Shown: positions 13,473 through 27,732, numbered from the whole stretch's first letter. The stretch: 63,945 nucleotides of DNA, filler included, from Kipferlia bialata (GCA_003568945.1; 5 parts of 5 records of this genome joined end to end with filler, not necessarily neighbours in it), one strand, 5' to 3'. The notes: generated by a model not told the origin, from the letters alone. Numbers and translations: made by a program.

Positions 13473-13514
13473 CTTCATAGTCGACATGTCCACTTTGGAT
13501 TGTGCTCCTCCCAT
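13473..13514 (-). CDS. Orphan first exon MGGAQSKVDMSTMK (MGxxxS N-myristoylation-like)
   Basis: ATG at 13514 and a GT donor after Lys. It is out of phase with the next recognisable exon beyond poly-G 13277-13309. Confidence 0.4.
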
Positions 13515-13858
13515 CTCTGCTGGTGTGTGTGTAGTGTCTTGTTGTGTTGAGTAATTATAGGTAGAGAGAGGGGCACTCGGTCACACCCATCAACACGGTC
13601 TGCTACACCCTTTCACTGATAGAAACAAAAACAGAATAGACTCAACAGAACCCACAAACCCACTAGTTTCCCCCAATTAGACCTCTATGGATCAGAGTGA
13701 CGTGAGTTGGTAGGTTCCCCTCTCTTAATATTTGAGTCCTGTAAGTGAGCTATGTATCGGGTATGCGCCATGGCAAACTTTCCGATCGGATATTCGTATG
13801 AGGGTATTCCTGAGCATGATGCCTCTCCCTCTCGCTCTTTCTTCATCTCTCACTAGAC

Positions 13859-14726
13859 ATGCCCCCTGCCCTTCTGCTCCAGTTCACGCCTGTGGAGGAC
13901 AGTGTTACTGATGTGACGAGATCAAGGGCACCTGTAGCTGGGGGGGGAGGGGAGATGATGATGGTGAGCAAGGATGGTGAGATATGCATGGTTACACTGG
14001 AAGAGGAGGGCGAGACACTACACCTGAGGTGCAATGGCCTCGGTGTGACGCCTCCCTACTACTGCAGCGGCATTGTGAAGGTAGGCAGGAAGGTGTATAT
14101 CCCAAGAGATACAGCCTGCTCATTTCTCAACGTGCGAGTACCCGGACAGTGCAGGAAGATACCTTTTAAGGACGGGATTGTGTTTGAGGTCAGTGCCCTC
14201 AGTATCAATGTCCCTCTCCCAGATGACCCCTCTAAGGTGCTTATGCACGCCAGACTCAGTGACAAGAAGCACCATCAAATGGTGACATTTGACACTGCGA
14301 CCAACACATTCACAGTGCATCCAAACACCAGTGGAAACTTCCCTAACATAAGGAGAAGGGTAACTGTTACACGCGTGTGTGATTGGGCAGTGATGGGCAA
14401 CAACATACACCTCATCCATACCGATCGCATGTGTGAGGAGAGTGCCCACTCCTCCTTCGACATGGACACCCTCAAGTGGCACAAGCACAGTCCCCTTCCA
14501 TTCGAGGTATGCACTCCCCCCCCCTCTCTCTCCATATTGTCCATATACAGTATCAGAGCTTCTCCACCCAGGTGAGGCCCGTTTCTACCCCCCTTCACTA
14601 TAGACGTCAATCATCCATTGTAGCATCCCCTCTCTCTCCTCACTTTACTGTTCATTGACCGTCACTCTTTACTCCTCACCCCCCAGGCCTACAGCCCTGC
14701 TGTGATCAGTGCTGGTCAGTACCTGC
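13859..14726 (+). CDS. Kelch-type beta-propeller protein, truncated at contig end
   Basis: Motifs GIVKVGRKVYI, MVTFDTATNTF, WAVMGNNIHLI and FDMDTLKWHKHSPLPFE. Intron to 14686, then AYSPAVISAGQYL. Confidence 0.65.
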
Positions 14727-14826
14727 NNNNNNNNNNNNNNNNNNNNNNNNNNNNNNNNNNNNNNNNNNNNTTAATTAATTAANNNNNNNNNNNNNNNNNN
14801 NNNNNNNNNNNNNNNNNNNNNNNNNN
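14727..14826. other. Artificial contig linker (N44-TTAATTAATTAA-N44)
   Basis: Exactly 100 bp with a core giving stops in all six frames; identical to three other linkers. Confidence 0.98.
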
Positions 14827-14834
14827 GTACTGTG

Positions 14835-14869
<35 letters not shown>

Positions 14870-14957
14870 TTCATATATGTCTCCTGTGTGTTGGAGTGCC
14901 TCCCTCACCCTGCAGTCCCAGGCCGACTCCTCTGAGGTGCAGGCCCCCCTGTCCAAC

Positions 14958-17185
14958 ATGTCCAGTGCCAGTGATGCCGGGGTGAGTGGCAGGCAGAGGG
15001 GGCAGGAGCAGGGCAAGAGGCGGAGGAGGAAGGGCGAGAAGGAGGCCATGAAGGCAGCCAGGGAGCAGGAGAGGCAGGAGAGACAGGTGGGGGGTGTATG
15101 GGTGGAATCGTCATATCGGTACCGGTACTGTTTTGCCACTTTTGTCATAGTGTACCTATATACATAGTGTACCTATGTAATAGCCTCTCTATCCTCTCCT
15201 TACTGTCCAGGCCCAGGAGGCCAGCTCTGATGAGGAGGCTGAGGCAGATGACACCCCTGCCGAGAAGCAGAAGCAGAAGGAGGAGGATGAGTTCTGTCTG
15301 GAGGAGGGTGGGTGCCAATCTACCCTGAAGCGTTCTCTCACTGACCCTCTCTCCCCCCCCCCTCTCTATTCCCCTCAGTAATGTCTGTCTTACCCCACAG
15401 AGCTGACCAAGCACGGCATGGACGCCCTGAGGACTGCCTATGAGAGGCCCCTGCCAGGTGGTGACACCGACGAGGAGATGAGCTCAGACAGCGAGGGTAT
15501 GCTGACTCTCTCTTCATATCACTCACCCTGTCCAGGCCATGTGGATGGCAGAGCATACTTCTCCTCCCCCCCACCCCCACCCTTCTCTCACTCTTCATAT
15601 CACTCATCTCACCCTGCCAGGCTATGTGGAGGCCCCCTTCTACCAGCCCATGAAGCCAGACCCCACCCTCCCAAGGGTGCTCAATGCACCAGACGCAGTG
15701 TCTAAGGTACATATATATATATGTATCAAGATAGGCTATCCTATAACAAATTGTATCTATATATTCCCAGGGTGCTCAATGCCCCAGACGCGGTGTCTAA
15801 GGTACATCCACACACATGCACATATGTACACCTATAGTCGTCGCAGTACTGCCCCATCCCCTCACCCCCAGACCCTGTCCAAGTACCGTGTCCCCCCCAT
15901 CGTCAGGTTCAGAACAGTCAGGGAGTTCAGGGACTTCATCAAGGTGTGTAGATTTATTGAAGTCAGGGTGTATGTTGTATTCATCATTGTATATGTGTAC
16001 CTGGGAAATACCAGTGAACAATATTAAGTCACAATGTCATTCAATGTCTCTGACCCCAGCGGTTCCCCAAGATCAGCTTCCCCGATGAGGTGGTGGAGAG
16101 CATCAAGGTATGGATGTTGGATTACGTGTGTCAAGTTATGTGTCTGAGGGGCACTTGTATGTGAAGAACACTCTTACCCTAGGCCAAGATTGTCGAGTCC
16201 CAGCGTGACAAGCAGATGCAGGTCCTGTTTGAGCTGGGGTCTGGAAGGTGTGGAGCTTTGCATGTATACTATCCCTTTGCAATACCCATGACTATATTCT
16301 AATATTGTGAGTGATGTATCATCCTCACCACCCAGGCTGCGTGTTGTCAAGATGAAGGACGGCTACGACATGGATGCCCTCACCACCGCCCCCTCCCAGT
16401 CCCTCTCTGCCTCTCAGGGCACGGCAAAGGGGGGGAAGAAGAGAGAGCCCAGGCCCCAGGTATGAGTGGTGGTTCGTAGTTCGTAGTACATACCTAGTAT
16501 ACCCCCTCACCCCCTAGGCCTCTGTGGCCAGACTATGCTCTGTGTGCTGCTTTGTCCTCCTGGGCTGTGTGTCTCTCTTCGGCCTGGCGTTCTACCTCGG
16601 GCAGAGGTATATACACACATATATATTTACACATCTATATACACACATATATACGCACTAGTACAGTCAGTGCATCCTCTCTTGAGTCCCATACTTTCCT
16701 TAGGTATATAACTATACTTTGTTAATCTTGTTTACCCCCCAGATTTGCCCCCGAGCGCTTCTCCTTCGACTTCTCTGGGGGCAAGGAGCAGATTGACTAC
16801 TACGCCGTGCTCGACATGCCCCACGACGCCACAACTAAGGTGTGTATATTTTTAGTGTGGATAGATGTGTGGATATGTCATATTGTAGTGGTACATGTCT
16901 CATTCTCCTTCTCTCTCCTTCTCTCTCTCTCTTTCTCTCCCTTACCCCTTACCCCCTAGGAGATCCAGAAGAGGTACAGGCAGCTGGCTCTGGAGCTGCA
17001 CCCTGACAGGAACCCAGGTGTGTACTACTATACGTGCAATAGGCATAGATACCATCTGACAGAGGCCATCTCTTCTCTCTCTCTCTCTGTCTACTAGTGT
17101 ATCTCAATCATCCCGCTATCTGACCCGTCAGGATGCACCGACTGTGAGGCCAAGTTTGCAGCAGTAGCCGAGGCATACAAGGTGG

Positions 17186-17221
<36 letters not shown>

Positions 17222-17492
17222 GCTGCCGCTACCCCCAGGCCCTCACAGATGACGAGAGGCGTGCCCACATCGACCAGTACGGACAGGACCTCAGCGAGAG
17301 GGAGAGGTATGGCACAAATACACATCCTTACCAACGAGTGACCCTGTTTAGTGTGTGTCAATGTTTATAGTATTCGTACTGTATTCTTCTAGTGTACCTA
17401 TGCCGCCCCTGACACCCAGGAAGCAGAGGGAGAAGGCCAAGAAGGACAAGCCCCATGTGAAGCCTGTCAGGGGATACGGCATGAGGCGGTAG
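14958..17492 (+). CDS. DnaJ (J-domain) protein with a transmembrane helix before a C-terminal J domain
   Basis: Exons give VCCFVLLGCVSLFGLAFYL (TM), then DYYAVLDMPHDATTK|EIQKRYRQLALELHPDRNP|GCTDCEAKFAAVAEAYK|ALTDDERRAHIDQYG with the HPD motif. Stop 17490-17492; the start could lie further upstream. Confidence 0.88.
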
Positions 17493-17961
17493 AGATAGAT
17501 ACAAGCGGGAATAGATGCCTCACGTTGTCGTTACGTTGGCTACTACATTAACTTCAATGCCGGCCATATAGACCTCCCCCAAATATACACATACAGGCCA
17601 CTGGGTTTGGGACCCCAATTGGGCATGGTTGTATGTGTAGAGGGTGATGGTAGTATCCGATACGTAGAGAGAGATACAGCTTGACTCACAGGAGACCACA
17701 CACCATGCCAATGGATTGAAAGAGAACCATCACAATCTATCTACTCCACCTAGGAATGCAATATATTCCATCCTACCAATACAACCAAACCAACCGACTC
17801 GCATGTACATAGAACAGCAACTACTCATGCGGTGGTTGTCGCGAAACAACGCAAACTGCCATGTCGTGTGACTATACACTTGGACACAACATGGATCTAG
17901 AAATACGACACATAAGTGCCATGAAAACACGGTCTCTCTCTCTCTCTCCCTTGGCTCTTAC

Positions 17962-18192
17962 TTAGATCACTCGAGAGGACACAGGAGCTGGAAGAAGAGT
18001 GAGCTAGGGTGAGACATAATAGAGGGGGAAGATACATGGCGAAAGTACGACTATGACACGCTGCTTAATACTATACTGTACACATAGTATACATATCTAC
18101 TCACCCTCTTTCTGACCGGCATGAAGCATACCATCATGCACACAAAGAGAAGGTCATAGCTGGAATAAGAGTATACGTATATACATATGTGC

Positions 18193-18234
<42 letters not shown>

Positions 18235-21080
18235 ATACACAAAGAGGTCATACCTGGGGTGGGAGAGAGAGAGAGAATAGAAAGAGTATAAAACGCCGTT
18301 ATAATAAGAGAATGTCTGCAGAGCAGCATAACACACACAGTATATGAGGCCACATACCAGAACACTGCCACTATCATTGTGTTGTATGCCCCCCCATCCC
18401 CACTGAGGTACCAGGAGAACCAATTGGCTGGGGTGAGATATAGGTTCCAACAGACAATACAGATATCACATACAGATATGTTCTTATATATTGAGATAAC
18501 CACTTGGCTGGTGAGAATCACAGTAATAAGGAATAGGAAGAGCTATACTTAACCAGTTGGCTGGGTTCCAGTATAAGCACAAACGGACTCGATCACTCAC
18601 ATGAATACGTGTAAATATATGTGTCTTCATACGTGAATATACAGACACTGCAGCACCCACCGAAGTTGGTAATGGCAAATGCCACTGTGCTGAAGCAGAG
18701 GAGGACCACCCACCAGCTCAGGACGGAGGGCGCGGAGTAGGCCCTGGGAGAGTCAGATATGGATAAATATACATCCTATATATATATATATATATACATA
18801 TATATATCAATAAGTGGTTGCGTCTGTAGATGGAGACAGACCCCCTACCTTGTTCTGTTGACCTCGTGTCTGTGGGACCTGCGGTACAGTCTGGGGTGGG
18901 GTTGATGCATACTGACACATATATATACATGAATATACACATGTATATAAATTACATTTATATATATAGAGAGAGAGCATTGTACACTGTACCTGACCCC
19001 TACCAGCACCATGCACTGTATATACACATGCCACTACTATATATAGATATATATATACATATATATACGCATATAGGAATACAGTGTACCTGACCCCCAC
19101 CAGCACCATGCACTGTATATATATATACATAGGTATTTGTATAGCTACAGAGATATATACTGTACCTGACATATATATATATATATATATATGGATACAT
19201 ATATACACTGGTACCTGACCCCCACCAGCACCAGGCACTGTATGCATGGGAAGCACGAGTACACGAGACACCCTACTCTAAAGGCAGAGGGCCAGCGGTA
19301 GGTGACATGGAGTGAGAGAGGAGTAGAACAATATCACTGCTGAATCAATGTCTGTGACAAGGATGGGAAATAGTGAGAGTGCATGCATACCCTCATCAGC
19401 TGTGTCTGTAGGGCCATGAGGTCTGCTATACCCTCAGTGCTGAACAGACCACTGTCTATGGCCAGGATGCTGTATGTGATGTAAGTGGCCATCACTGACT
19501 GTTAGGGAGGGTAATGGAGAGAGATACACACTGATCGGTTACATGTTGATAAATATATAATCTTACATAGTAGTTCCACACCTAACAGGAACACCCCCAC
19601 TACCACGACCCCTGTTAGGAACACGGTCTGGTTAATCGTGTTCCACTAGGGTGAGGGTCTAGGGAACTGTCTGGTATAGGGATGTTTAAAACAAAATACA
19701 TGTGTATGATAATACGCGTCTCATAAATACGTATTTTCACTCTTATATACATACAATACATGCATACACACCCACCTTGCCCTGCCTCTTCTTGTCGTGC
19801 AGCAGAGTGAATATACACACATACATATCAATACCCATCTATGTCTAACTCTCTAATATACGCACCTTGCCCTGCCTCCTCTTGTCGTGCAGCAGAGTGA
19901 ACATGATGGCATAGGATATGGTGTGGACGGCTGGGGGTAGAGAGGGGGAATACAGAGCAAGTGGAGATATCATCTGTTAGAGGGTGTATACATATGCATT
20001 AGGCATCCGTACATGCCATGCGCATGAGTGTCAGTGACATATATCTTACGTTGGATTATATATATGTCTGCATTAACTATACGTACATGCCATCAGCATG
20101 AGTGCCTCCAGGACCGGCATCAGCACACGGGCATAGGTGACACCCACAAACCACATCAGCTGGGGTGAGGGGGGGGGGGGAGTGGGAGAGAGAGAGAGAG
20201 AGTCTAGAGGGTGAGTAATAGAGTATGTATAACTCCATACCTTCGACAGAGTGTTCACAGTAGATGGGTCAGCCACCATATCCTCTGTGACACTGTCCCT
20301 AGGGTCATTATATATATAGACAGAGAGACAGTCAGGGCCATGAAGAGAAAGGGTGGTCAGCAGAAGGTGGGGGGGGGGGAGGAGGGGGTCAGAGAGAGAG
20401 AGACAAGAGAATGCACCCACCTGACGTCTATAAACAGCACCATGAACAGGATGCAGGGTGACCCATAGAACATGAGGGTCCTGAGTCGGGCTATGTCCCG
20501 CATCAGCCTTTCGTGAGGGTGAGGGTACATGAGTATGAGATGGGTAAGAATGAAGACGAATACGGTTACATAAAAGAGAACAACATATCTTAGTGCCCAA
20601 ACATGAGAGCGCTATGAAATAGAGAGAGAGAGTTATTGAAAAGGAGGTTAACACACGAGTGCCAACATACATGGATGGGTGTCATAATCAGTGCAGCACA
20701 AGGTAGGGACATCATACATTCAACTATATCCATACACAACTGAGGTAAACCACTCACTTTGTCTCCAGGGACAGGTTCTTACTGAAGAGAGACACATGCA
20801 CGGCCTGACGTGAGCAAAGAGCACAAGTTACAATATGTATATACATTTACATATTAATAGACTGCGATTGATTGGAAATACAAGTAGTGGAAACATGACA
20901 CTCGTGACACGTGCCACATGCATCAGAGTGCCACGTGGGAATAACACTCGCGCTATCCTCGTGTCTGCATACCTTGCCCGACTTGACTGCAGCGACAGAG
21001 TACACGACGAGACTGAGGGCAAGGGAGAGATAGACCAGGTCTATGGCCAGCACCCCCACCCCATTCCACGTGTAGGGCAT
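17962..21080 (-). CDS. Multi-pass (about 7 TM) hypothetical membrane protein
   Basis: MPYTWNGVGVLAIDLVYLSLALSLVVYSVAAVKSGK|...TLMFYGSPCILFMVLFI...LMWFVGVTYARVLMPVLEALMLM...VLSWWVVLLCFSTVAFAI...YDLLFVCMMVCFMPVRKR|LTLLPAPVSSRVI*. One junction near 19330 is unresolved. Confidence 0.6.
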
Positions 21081-21325
21081 ACAGACACAGCAGACAAGGG
21101 ATCAGCAGTTCCTATGGGTGCGTGTGGCCCTTTCTGTCCCGTTGGATCACCAGTCCACGACAGAGTATAAAGGTCACTGGCGCAGCTTCTCGGGTGCTTT
21201 TCCGATTATCTCAACATTGAGTCGGAGATTCCTTGCGTGTCCCTCCTCACTACCGACTCCAGACGCACTTGCAGTCACTGCCTACTACCCTAGCACTGCC
21301 TGGACAGTGCAGACAGGAGCACGGA

Positions 21326-21801
21326 ATGCAGCGTCGAGGCGGGCAGTACTTCCACTACCAGAGTGTACGTAGTGGTTGTGATACTGTCGGTATACTGACT
21401 GTACCTAGTCTCACCCCAGGCCATCGACTCCTTCCTCAATGCCACTCGGCACGAGGAGCTGTCACAGCCCACGCACAGGGCACTGTCTCTGTCCCTAGAC
21501 AGCAACATGGCCCTGAGTCCCAGTGCGCTGGCACAGAGACAGAGTGAGTGCGCAGATAGACATACACACACACCCCTCCCATACCCCTGACCCCCAGGCA
21601 CTCTGTCTGACATGCTGACCTATGCAGTCCAGAGTGCTGAGAACGTGTCCAGGTGGGTGTCTGTCTGTCAAGTGGACGTGTATTGACTGTCAGTGTCAGA
21701 GCCCACTCTAGTGTATTGTGCTCCTAACCCCAGATGCTTCCAGACAGGGCAGTACCACACGGCACTCACACGGTGCATTAGGTACCATATAACCATATGT
21801 C

Positions 21802-21839
<38 letters not shown>

Positions 21840-24737
21840 CTCCCCTCNNNNNNNNNNNNNNNNNNNNNNNNNNNNNNNNNNNNNNNNNNNNNNNNNNNNN
21901 NNNNNNNNNNNNNNNNNNNNNNNNNNNNNNNNNNNNNNNNNNNNNNNNNNNNNNNNNNNNNNNNNNNNNNNNNNNNNNNNNNNNNNNNNNNNNNNNNNNN
22001 NNNNNNNNNNNNNNNNNNNNNNNNNNNNNNNNNNNNNNNNNNNNNNNNNNNNNNNNNNNNNNNNNNNNNNNNNNNNNNNNNNNNNNNNNNNNNNNNNNNN
22101 NNNNNNNNNNNNNNNNNNNNNNNNNNNNNNNNNNNNNNNNNNNNNNNNNNNNNNNNNNNNNNNNNNNNNNNNNNNNNNNNNNNNNNNNNNNNNNNNNNNN
22201 NNNNNNNNNNNNNNNNNNNNNNNNNNNNNNNNNNNNNNNNNNNNNNNNNNNNNNNNNNNNNNNNNNNNNNNNNNTGGACCGGTCTCTTCATTTATTCTGT
22301 CTCTCTCTCCCCCCCCCCCACACCCCTTACCATCTCCACTAACCCCAGACTAGGGCCGTGGATGGGGGTCTCTTCATAGCATCCAGGTTCCCCATGCTAC
22401 GCACAGCCCAACACGCATACAAGCACAGACGGTCACCTGGAGATGCAAACAGCAGCAAGGGTGTGTGGGAATGACACACCTTCACTCTCGCTGTCATATT
22501 CCGCCACTCTCCCCCACCCCAGGTGTGCTCTACACCAGGCTGGGTGTGCCCACCAAGGATGGTGTATCCATGGTGACACTGCACGTGTTCAACACACACA
22601 CAGGTAACCATGGTTAATATAATGTACAGGTGGGACATACCCTCTCTGTCTTCTCTCCCCGTTCTATGCATGGCAAGTATGACATATATCACGTCTCACC
22701 CCAGAGGCCTCCTACACCAACGAGGGGTCTGTCCCCTACACAGAGATGGAAGAGCTGCACAAGACTAGCAAGAAAGTGAGGATGAAGCAGCTGGAGGTAT
22801 GTAGAGAGAGAGGGTATTCAGATGCGAAGCTGGAAGTCAGTATGTAAAGGATGGATACCAGCCCATCCTCACCCCCAGGAGATGGTTGCCTTCATCAAGG
22901 CGTCACTGCTGGACGCACACCCACAGGTAAGGATCTCTCTCTCTCTAAGGGTGGATGTGTGAGGAGAGAGAGTGTGTCTGACCCCAGGAGCCCGTCCTCC
23001 TGTTTGGTGACTTCAACGTCAACTCCATCAAGGCCAGGGACCCAACAACAACAGGTACAAGGAGTAATCCATGTATATACCCTTCTATTGGTGTGCCCCC
23101 TCACCCCAGGTGTGGCTGCCTTTCTGCAGTCTCTCGAGACCAACCCGTCCCCCTACACCTATGAGTGCGGGGTCAAGGAGATAAACTACCTGGCAAGGTC
23201 CAGGCTGGATACAGTCCCAGTCATAGACAGGTACCCCCCCCCCCCCTTCATATCCTCTGAATAGTCCTTCTTAACATCTTTATGTCTCTTTCTCTTTCTT
23301 CTTTACACCCCAGGTCCCTCCCCTGCCCGTCCACCTCTGTTGTCCAGCCAGCCGTGCTGAGGGGACTGGACTTCCACAGGATAGACTTCACTCAGATCAA
23401 GGTGTGGGCAGTGGACAAACATATATAGTAATACCAGTCTCTCTGTCCCTTACCCCCCAGGCCGAGTGCCCTTCCCTGTACCCTGTCAAGGGCTTGTCCA
23501 CCCCAGCTGACCCAGTCAGGCCAGGTGCCCCCTCATCACCCTCGGGGTCTGACCTGTCAGTCCTCAGGGTGCTGCAGGTGGGGACATATAGGCATAGTAT
23601 ATATATGTATATATGTCACATACCTGAGGGTGCTGCAGGTGGGGACACTCTTTGCACAGATAGGCATAATATATACATACCCCCGTACGCTCTGTCTCTT
23701 GCACGTATAGCTGTAGCCCTAATACATACACTCTCTCCCTGACCCCCTTTGGCCGATGCTGAGATTGAGGGCACTGCCTCTGACTCACCTCCCGACCCAG
23801 ACGCCAAGGCACTCCTCCTGCCATCGTGCTACACAGGTATGTGCGCATATGTAGTCTCTATATCTGTCTATATACGCATGCGTCTCTAACCCAGGTGCCT
23901 TCAGCTCTGACCTTGAGGGCAGTACTGAGTACCAGAGGCTGCTAACACTGCTCGGGACATGCGGGGAGGTGGGGACTCAGTCTTACCCACATACTCCACC
24001 TGCTGGTATCCACTATCGCTCTCTCCCTGTCTGACCCCAGGTGGATGACCTCCTTGTCGACTGTCTAGAAGGCCACCCCGTGACCTTTGGGGATGTGGTG
24101 TTTGAGAGAGAGCCAGAGGGGGTGGAGGGTGAAGAGGGAGAGAGTGAGGGAGGGGACCCTGACTCTGAGTCTCTGCCCCTCTCCATACCTGGCACCCACA
24201 AGCACCGGCTGAGACTGGTACCCAGGGAGCAGGTGCTGACAGCACAGGACATACAGGTAAGAAGATGTACACTAATACTATGTGTGTGTGTCTTAGTTGT
24301 GTGACTGGTGTCGATTTCGTTGACCCCCAGGGCTGCTGTGTGCGACTGGACTATGTGTTCCTGATGCACCCCCACCCCCATGTGACCCAGCAGGCAGGGG
24401 ACGCAGACACACCCCTCCAGCCACCACCCACTGTGGCCATGGTGCCAAGGGTATGCGCCAGCACGCATCTATACACTTAGGGAGAAGTCCATAAACACCA
24501 CCTTACCCCCAGGCCTGTCTCAACATCACGAGTGTCACTGCTAGGGTGGAGCCCTTCCGGCTATACTCAACACAGAAGGGAGCACCCACACAGCTCAGGT
24601 CAGGGACACTCACTCTGATACCTCTCTATGGATATCCCTCGTACAGTTCAAGTGACCACTCTCTGACCCCCAGTGACCACTATGGGGTTGAGGTTGAGTT
24701 CACAGTGAATGCAGTGCCAGTGACAGAGACTGAGTAG
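21326..24737 (+). CDS. Endonuclease/exonuclease/phosphatase family, neutral sphingomyelinase (ISC1/SMPD2)-like
   Basis: Spliced motifs DGGLFIASRFP, D..SSKGVL, HVFNTHTQA, RMKQLEEM..FI, PVLLFGDFN, RLDYVFL, QLSDHYGV. Interrupted by the assembly gap. Confidence 0.82.
21848..22274. other. Assembly gap (N run) next to a poly-C tract
   Basis: 427 Ns. Confidence 0.98.
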
Positions 24738-25222
24738 AGGAGAGAAGAACAGAATAGGGTGGAACTAGGGCTAAGAGGAGATTGTCAGGAGATTGAGAGT
24801 GGATGGAGGTGGTATGTCACATACACAGGATGGTCAATAGAGACTGTACCTACAACGCCGTAAACACGAAATCTACTATGCTCTACTCACTTACGCCTCT
24901 AATAATACAAACCAATACCACTCGTCAGAGATATTCTGTCCCGGACCCTCTGCAACCAGTGTGTACTCTGCTATCCAGAACCCTCCCACTGCACAAGACA
25001 TACACTCGTGCAAGGCCATGAAGACGTGATTGCCACATAGACCGGGGAGGGCTCTGCATCAAGTCTGAACCATAACACTCAACCATACACACTGGCTCTG
25101 ACACTCCATCCCACCTGGGTTACGGGCCAGAAGCAGGCCCCCTTTTCGTCATAGGAAACCCAAGCATCGCTAGGAGCAATGGTGTGTCCTGCGCACTCTA
25201 ACTACCCACTGCTACTAGTACC

Positions 25223-27262
25223 CTACACCGTCCCTGTCCCCGCCACTGAGGTGCATGCCTTGCACCCATTCCTGGGGTTATATAGTAATTACTATACATA
25301 ATACATAGTAAACTATATTAGGATAATATGTATCTATATCAATAGTATGACACCTGATGTATGCCCTCTTCCTCTCCGTCTCGTTCCTTGTCTGCCTCAT
25401 CAGGACTGCACTGATGCACACAGCCACCTGTAATACAGTGTACAGGGCCTCCATCGGTGGGGTCTGGGGTGAGAGGGGTGGGGATAGATAGGAAAATACC
25501 CTATTCAGAACTGTACTATATCTATGTGATCAGGGCCTCCATGGGTGGGAAAGAGGTACTCAAAGACTACTACCACTCAACAATGGGCAGCAACCGATAA
25601 GATGTACCTGTGTGTACTCGTTGTGTATCCAGTGCATGAATGCCTCGTGTCTGATGAAGTACACACCCTCGATGAACTGGGGGTGAAGATCAGTATCTAT
25701 ACAAACACTATATATATATACATCTATAGAGATACTGAGTACACTCCCTCGATGAACTGGGGGTGAGTGCCACAGTCTATGTACAAACATATACAAATCA
25801 TATACTTCGGTATCTCTAGGCAGATACTGAGAAGGCTACCTAGATGAGGGCAGAGTCTAGGACACAGAGAGAGGGAGAGAGAGAGTGGGGTGGGGGAGAG
25901 AGAAAGCGAGATACAGTCACACATACCAGAGCGAGGCTGAAGCCAATGAAGCCTATCGACCCTATGGATGTGAAGAGCACAAGCCTAGCAGTTAGACCAG
26001 AGGTACAGATGAGTATTAGACTATTACACAGAAGGTTATGCTACCTATTAGACACAATCTGCCCCATGCACTTGTCGATGGAGTATCTCTTGATCTTTGA
26101 GTATGCACCCCATGCAAACACAGTGATGCACACGCCCAGGGACAGCATCACGAGGGACAGGGACAGGTTGGTCCAGCTGGTGTGAGAGAGACACCATACT
26201 TGATGAAGAATTGACACGAAGGCAGAGAGAGTTCAACTTAGTCTCGAATGGAAGGGGAGAGAGGGGGAGAGAGAAAGAGAAAGAGAGACATCCACCCCCG
26301 TACCCCACCACCACCATCCTGAGGTCTGGGTCACCCCGGTAGTCCAACAGGGCATAGGCCACGAGGGACACAGCTGGGAGTTGGATAGGAGATACTACAT
26401 ATAATAATAGACATAGACATAGAGAGTTGTAGTCCAACAAGGGACACAGCTTGGAGAGAGAGAGAGAGAGAGGGGGGGGGGTACGTGTTGTAATATATAT
26501 ATATATATACATATATAGCTGTAGTACTCCACGGCCGTGGCCACCGCAGCCCCTACCTATCATGGTGTATATGATGACGGTGGAGAGGATGTGGAACGCG
26601 CGGAAGGAGCGCTGCCTGGGGGTCAGAGAGGGGGGGGGGATGTTATTACAAAGAGAACCAATGCTTGTCCCACCTATTATATACACTCCATATATATATA
26701 TATATATATATATGAGCCCGTCCTGTAAAGTCAGAGACATGTGATACCTAGGCAGCATCTGGCACAGTGCAAATAGCCCAGATGCAGTGTGGCAGAACCC
26801 AGTGAACAGGGGACCTAGGGGGGCTAGGAACACAAGGTGCTGGGCTGGGGTGAGGGGGCTCACATATTGGGACCACACTGATTGTCAATGTGGTACCTAT
26901 TTGCGGCAGGTCTGTGAACCAGTCCAGTCCATGCAGGGCCCATGTGAATGCACGGGTGCCACAGAACACAAGGAGGGAGCACAGTACACCAGTGGTCAGA
27001 ACCTCTCTGAGTGTGGGAGGAGGGGGAGAGAGAGAGACAGGTACATGTCAACACCCACCTTCTGACCACTGACACCACCATGCACATGGAGTACAGGGCC
27101 ACACTCATCCAGGCAGAGCACTGCTCCCAGAAGAGGGTCCGGGCATCATCAGGCCATGATACCATGGGTGTATACAGGCCTCCAAGTAGCAGTCCTAGAG
27201 AGAGGGACACACCCAGTCACATATTGACTCTGTTCACCGTTCTCTGAACGGTCTGGGTTCAT
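25223..27262 (-). CDS. Multi-pass (about 7 TM) hypothetical membrane protein
   Basis: MNPDRSEN|GLLLGGLY...WMSVALYSMCMVVSVV|..GVLCSLLVFCGTRAF..|HLVFLAPLGPLFTGF..|..WTNLSLSLVMLSLGVCITVFAWGAY..|LVLFTSIGSIGFIGFSLAL|..MEALYTVLQVAVCISAVLM..|NGCKACTSVAGTGTV*. Confidence 0.6.
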
Positions 27263-27732
27263 GATACTCTTTGTATAGTCTATACAGTGTGGAACGACAA
27301 GCCCATTGATAGAGCAACACACCTTCTAATACACCGACAATATACACTATTTACTACTATTAGCCAGTGGATTGCCACTGCACTCTGGTATACGTGACAC
27401 TCTGTCACTGATTGGGGGTATTGACACTTAATACAGCCCACTCTCCTTACACACTACTCAACTATGCAGATCCCTATTCTGCCCGTACGCCAAACACTCA
27501 GACAAGACCCTTTCAGGCATCTTTTTTTGTGTACCGGGGTACAGAGGTACATAAGGGTCCATTTATGTTCCTTTTTCAGACTCCCGAAATGTTCCTCGGA
27601 CGTACCTCCAACGTTCCTCGGTACATGCCCCTACACCCTTACCAAAAACACCTACACCCTCATGCCAAATAGACAAAAACAGGCCTCTCTGCCACTCACT
27701 CATATGTACACTGCGTCTATTGCATATAGAAA

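Noticed and set aside
13687..13858. ATG at 13687 plus a 4-nt micro-exon (TCCT, 13737-13740) that would restore frame to the kelch gene
   Set aside because: Needs an atypical GAG acceptor; not supportable without RNA data.
14727..14826. Palindromic TTAATTAATTAA recurring about every 14.8 kb
   Set aside because: Artificial linkers between size-sorted contigs (14726, 14719, 14714, 14700 bp); synteny across them is meaningless.
21668..22379. Long ORFs spanning N runs and poly-Pro/Gly
   Set aside because: Artefacts of the gap and the poly-C tract.
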